A DNA stretch of 64,000 nucleotides from Candidatus Bathyarchaeia archaeon (GTDB taxonomy: Archaea; Thermoproteota; Bathyarchaeia; Bathyarchaeales; Bathycorpusculaceae). Position 1 is the stretch's first letter. Every line of letters starts with the position of its first letter. The DNA lies in contig JBEKKX010000006.1 of NCBI GenBank assembly GCA_050010515.1, forward strand, positions 11,316 to 75,315. The letters are read 5' to 3'. The notes beneath the pieces were generated by a model. That model did not search any database. It had not been told where the DNA came from and saw nothing but the letters and a program-made list of their open reading frames with translations. Shown here piece after piece: positions 60,570-64,000 of this stretch. The translations under genes were made by a program, and so were the position numbers.

Positions 60570-61999
60570 TTTGCTCTTGTTGCGGTTTTGAAATAGACGG
60601 TAAACCACATGAGATAGATAATGGACAAAAAAATGTATGTGAAAAATGTTGGAATAGCCCTGATATTTTTTTCCCAGAAAAAATCAGCCAAGACCAAAGG
60701 CTAAGCCTGCTTTCTAAAATGGCTCAAGAAATGGGTAACCCTAATGGGATAGTTGAAGTTACGGCAATCAAACTTGTTCAAAAAGGAATTGAAATGTTTG
60801 TAGGAAAAATGAAAATAACCGATATACTGAACCTTTACGAATTGGACAAATTTAAGGAACAGGAGCTTGAGGGATATCAACGTGAGCGATATGAAGAAAG
60901 AACATCGCAACTCGTTGATTATCTGGAGAAAAGCCCTTTGGCTGTAATGCCGGCTCTTTTAGTTGGCTTGCGTGAGACTAATTTTATACAAGTTAAGGAT
61001 GATCTGGGTATACTTAGGATAGACAGAAGAAAAGGGGCTATATGGATAATAGACGGCCAACACAGAGTTGGTGGATTTAGCAAAATACGCGATCAATTCT
61101 TCTTCACCAAAAAATTGGGCACTTCCTTATTTACCGATTTAATGGATTACGAGCTACCTGTAGTATTCATCGATTCTCAAGGTGCTTCTGAAAAAATAAA
61201 GTCAAAAGACGGCAAAGGCTCATTATCAGCAGAAGACATAGAAAAAACGATATTTTTTATCGTAAACAAAACTCAAAGAGGCATCAACCCCTCTCTAAAA
61301 GACGCGCTTCTGTATAGCATTAAGACTAGCGGGATCGAAGGTTTGGCAATAGCTGACGCGGAAGGTTGGCGGATACTTGGGGCTCAGATAGCTATAACCT
61401 TAAACTGTAAGGAAGGTTCACCCCTTCGGGCAAAAATAAACATAAGTGGTCAAAGAAACAGTGGAAAACCAATTCAGCTAAATTCATTTGTCTCCTCGCT
61501 TGAAATTCTATTTAAAGACAAAGAATTTTCAAATTTAGCTATTGATAAAAAAATAAGTTTCTTAGAAGCATATTGGTTGGCGCTCAGAGAGATAATTCCT
61601 CAAGCGTTTAAAGATAGAGAAGAACCAAAAGAAAACGGGGAGGAGTTTGGCAGAAGATTTGCTTTGAACATCAATGACAAAGCCAAGAAAAATAAAAGAG
61701 GAAAGGAAACCGACCAAAGATATTTACTTTTGACAGCCCTTGGGGTTTATGCCCTTCATCGTATAGCAAGGGACCTTCTGCATCTGGCAACAAAAAATAG
61801 CAGTAGCTTCAACCAACTGGAGGCAATAAAAAAGATTCTTGAACCACTCCAATCATTTGATTGGAAAGCAAACTCGTCACCACTTTCAGCCTTAGGAGGA
61901 ATGAAAGGGGTAAGTAAGGCCTACGAGCTTTTGTCGGAAACTATCGGTCAAGAGAGGTTAGCGCCGATTTTAGATGATGGGCTAAAAAAGTACTCCTAA
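60566..61999 (+). CDS. DGQHR-domain (DndB-like) protein with N-terminal Zn finger
   Basis: GYQR, WIIDGQHRV, IFFIVNKTQRGI; CSCC...CEKC; ATG at 60566 overlaps the radical SAM stop (ATGA) and follows GGAGG. Confidence 0.88.
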   Translation: MICSCCGFEIDGKPHEIDNGQKNVCEKCWNSPDIFFPEKISQDQRLSLLSKMAQEMGNPNGIVEVTAIKLVQKGIEMFVGKMKITDILNLYELDKFKEQELEGYQRERYEERTSQLVDYLEKSPLAVMPALLVGLRETNFIQVKDDLGILRIDRRKGAIWIIDGQHRVGGFSKIRDQFFFTKKLGTSLFTDLMDYELPVVFIDSQGASEKIKSKDGKGSLSAEDIEKTIFFIVNKTQRGINPSLKDALLYSIKTSGIEGLAIADAEGWRILGAQIAITLNCKEGSPLRAKINISGQRNSGKPIQLNSFVSSLEILFKDKEFSNLAIDKKISFLEAYWLALREIIPQAFKDREEPKENGEEFGRRFALNINDKAKKNKRGKETDQRYLLLTALGVYALHRIARDLLHLATKNSSSFNQLEAIKKILEPLQSFDWKANSSPLSALGGMKGVSKAYELLSETIGQERLAPILDDGLKKYS

Positions 62000-62141
62000 A
62001 TCATGTGCCCCTTTTTGATTTCTACATGTATTTTCTCATTTTGTGTTTTAAATTGTAGCTTGTTAGGACTGTTTGTGTGCATTGATGGTGTATTGTTGGA
62101 GTTTGTTTGAGTGGTTGGTGTTGATAATGTTTATACTTTGG

Positions 62142-62159
62142 TGTGTCATAGGTGACACA
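62142..62159. promoter_or_regulatory. palindromic operator candidate TGTGTCA-TAGG-TGACACA
   Basis: Perfect 7-bp inverted repeat between a TTTATA box (~62130) and the 62195 start. Confidence 0.45.
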
Positions 62160-62194
62160 AAGAATGTGCTGACTTAAACCTGAGGCAACCTGTT

Positions 62195-62632
62195 TTGGGT
62201 GGAACAAGGTGGACAGAAGAAGAAAACAAAACGTTAAGGGCGCTAGTTGAGCAGGGATTGGGCGCGCAGCAAATCCACGAAGCAGGAAAACTGCCAGGCA
62301 GAACCTATGAGGCGATAAGGAAACAGCTCAACATAGAAGCCTTAGCCGCAGCCAAAGGCAGCACAACCGTAGAAACCATAGAGCCAGCATCCGACGCCCT
62401 AACCCTGGAAAAAGTCGTGAAACTTTTCACCACCACCTTAGACAAAATCTGCCAAACAGAAAAAGTGGATAAGCTCACGCTGGAGCGGTACAGAATAATT
62501 TTCCAAGCAGCCAAGGACTACGGCCCCCTGCTAGCTGGCTACGAGAAGTGGGAGAAAATTGAGAAGAAACTTGACGAGCTTACAACTGCGGTGGCGCAAC
62601 TACAAGCAGCGAAGAACACTGCGAAAACTTGA
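62195..62632 (+). CDS. HTH + coiled-coil protein, candidate terminase small subunit
   Basis: RWTEEE...LPGRTYEAIRKQL (Myb/GcrA-like HTH); directly upstream of terminase large subunit. Confidence 0.65.
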   Translation: MGGTRWTEEENKTLRALVEQGLGAQQIHEAGKLPGRTYEAIRKQLNIEALAAAKGSTTVETIEPASDALTLEKVVKLFTTTLDKICQTEKVDKLTLERYRIIFQAAKDYGPLLAGYEKWEKIEKKLDELTTAVAQLQAAKNTAKT

Positions 62633-64000
62633 AGAAGTAGACCGCGCCATCAAGCAGATCCTCGCCGAAGAAGAGGTTGAGATAACTGATCCCGTTGATT
62701 ATGCACGGGTAGTTTTGGGGGTTGAGCCCTATGCCTATCAGGCTAAGCTGCTTGAGGATAAGAGCAAGCGCATTGTAGCGTGCATGGGAAGGCAGACGGG
62801 CAAAACCATGTCGATAGCCATGAAAGCCATCCACTTCGCCGACATAAACCCTAAAATGACCGTGCTAATCACAGCGCCCAGCCTCCGGCAGAGCATGATA
62901 ATGTTCGACCGCATAGTCAGCTTCGTCTACTCGTCACCGCGCCTAAGAAACAAGCTTGTGAGAATCACCAGAACGCTGGTCTGCTTTGAAAATGGCAGCC
63001 GCATCATCGCTTTGCCGTGTTCTGAGCATCGTCTCCGCGGCTACAGCGCCAACATGATCATCTGCGACGAAGCATCATGGGTATCTGAAAAAGTCATCAC
63101 CCAGGTTCTTTTCCCCATGTTGACAACCACTCAGGGCTACGCCGTTTTTCTCAGCACACCCTGGGATAAGAACCACTTTTTCTACCGAGCCTTCATCAAC
63201 CCACAGTACAGCGTCCACAAGGTCAAGTCTGAAGAGTGCCCGCTGGTAACGAAGGATTTTTTGGAAGAAATGCGGCAGAACATGACGTATGAGCAGTATT
63301 TGATGGAGTACGAAGCAGAGTTCGTTGAAGCACTAAACAGCTATTTGCCCCAGAGCTTAATACGCGGTTGCGTGGAGCTTGCGCAAAAGCTTGATCTTGA
63401 GCTTGCGACGACGCTTGAAGCCAACTTCCCAAGAGCAGACTATTACGCCGGAGTTGACTTCGGAAAGCTGCAAGACTACAGCGTAATCGCCGTTATCAAA
63501 CGCGAAGAAGAAATTCTAAGGCTCTTTTATCTGTATGAGTTTCCGCTTGACACCCCGTACACCCAGGTCATAGGACATTTAGCGCGGGCCAACCAGAAAT
63601 TCGCTTTCCGCGGTGTGCTTGTAGATCAAACAGGTGTTGGAGAGCCAGTTCTTGAGGAGATGCACAATCAAGGATTAAACAACGTTGAAGGCATAAAATT
63701 CACCGTACAAACCAAAGAAGAACTGCTAACCAGCCTAAAAATCGCCATGGAACAAAACCGCCTAGCCATCCCGTACCACCGGCAGCTTTGCCAGCAGCTA
63801 AACGAGCAGCAATACACCTACGCCAAAAACGGACACCTACTGTTTAGCCATCCCCAGAACAGCCATGACGACATGACTTGGGCACTAGCTTTGGCAGTTG
63901 CTCACAGCATGCAAACGCCGCCTCCGGGTGCAGGAGCTGCCATGCTTCCTCACCCAGAAAAGCTTCCTCATTCAAAGGTTACGCCGTATCTTCCATTTCT
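62571..64000 (+). CDS. phage-type terminase large subunit (3'-partial; start uncertain)
   Basis: Manual translation: PYAYQ, GRQTGKT (Walker A), ICDEAS (Walker B), LSTP, GVDFGKLQDYS, VDQTGVG, HDD; open to the window end, hence absent from the ORF track. Confidence 0.88.
   Translation, partial: MTSLQLRWRNYKQRRTLRKLEEVDRAIKQILAEEEVEITDPVDYARVVLGVEPYAYQAKLLEDKSKRIVACMGRQTGKTMSIAMKAIHFADINPKMTVLITAPSLRQSMIMFDRIVSFVYSSPRLRNKLVRITRTLVCFENGSRIIALPCSEHRLRGYSANMIICDEASWVSEKVITQVLFPMLTTTQGYAVFLSTPWDKNHFFYRAFINPQYSVHKVKSEECPLVTKDFLEEMRQNMTYEQYLMEYEAEFVEALNSYLPQSLIRGCVELAQKLDLELATTLEANFPRADYYAGVDFGKLQDYSVIAVIKREEEILRLFYLYEFPLDTPYTQVIGHLARANQKFAFRGVLVDQTGVGEPVLEEMHNQGLNNVEGIKFTVQTKEELLTSLKIAMEQNRLAIPYHRQLCQQLNEQQYTYAKNGHLLFSHPQNSHDDMTWALALAVAHSMQTPPPGAGAAMLPHPEKLPHSKVTPYLPF

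Larger units (their letters stand above)
53950..62020. mobile_element. AT-rich defence/DNA-modification genomic island (boundaries approximate)
   Basis: Visible compositional shift, six tightly packed defence-like genes, flanked by a dispersed repeat and a terminase gene; no integrase in the window. Confidence 0.6.

Noticed and set aside
54096-61999. Canonical dndABCDE phosphorothioation cluster
   Set aside because: No DndC (PAPS reductase-like) or DndA motifs in any ORF of the island, so dnd gene symbols were not assigned

Overview
Archaeal chromosomal window. Bathyarchaeia (TACK) is inferred from tiaS, the tRNA-intron endonuclease, archaeal-type alaS/glyS, a crenarchaeal-type SSB, standalone Lrp/RAM domains, a PQQ-like surface protein and frequent TTG starts. 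The backbone is housekeeping: purA 5' end, asnS, satP-acs, grpE-dnaK-dnaJ, alaS, tiaS, pyrG, endA, glyS, malic enzyme, rimI-like and ssb. Three accessory loci stand out. (1) 54.1-62.0 kb: an AT-rich island encoding a PLD-SF2 helicase, a small protein, a DndD-like CxC-hook ABC ATPase, a DndE/dnd_assoc_4-like domain fused to Schlafen/AlbA_2, a B12-type radical SAM enzyme and a Zn-finger DGQHR (DndB-like) protein. No DndA/DndC is present, so it is a candidate non-phosphorothioate DNA modification/defence system. It is bordered by a ~118-bp dispersed repeat and an HTH + terminase large subunit pair. (2) 26.4-31.4 kb: an NLR-like PNP nucleosidase-STAND-HEAT gene lies between intact alaS and a second, truncated alaS 3' end, consistent with an insertion that replaced the AlaRS C-terminus. 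(3) 8.0-12.3 kb: a double-cubane-like reductase with BzdP/BzdQ-like ATP-dependent activators, a ferredoxin and a NapH-like membrane protein. All family assignments come from motif recognition by eye; no searches were run.
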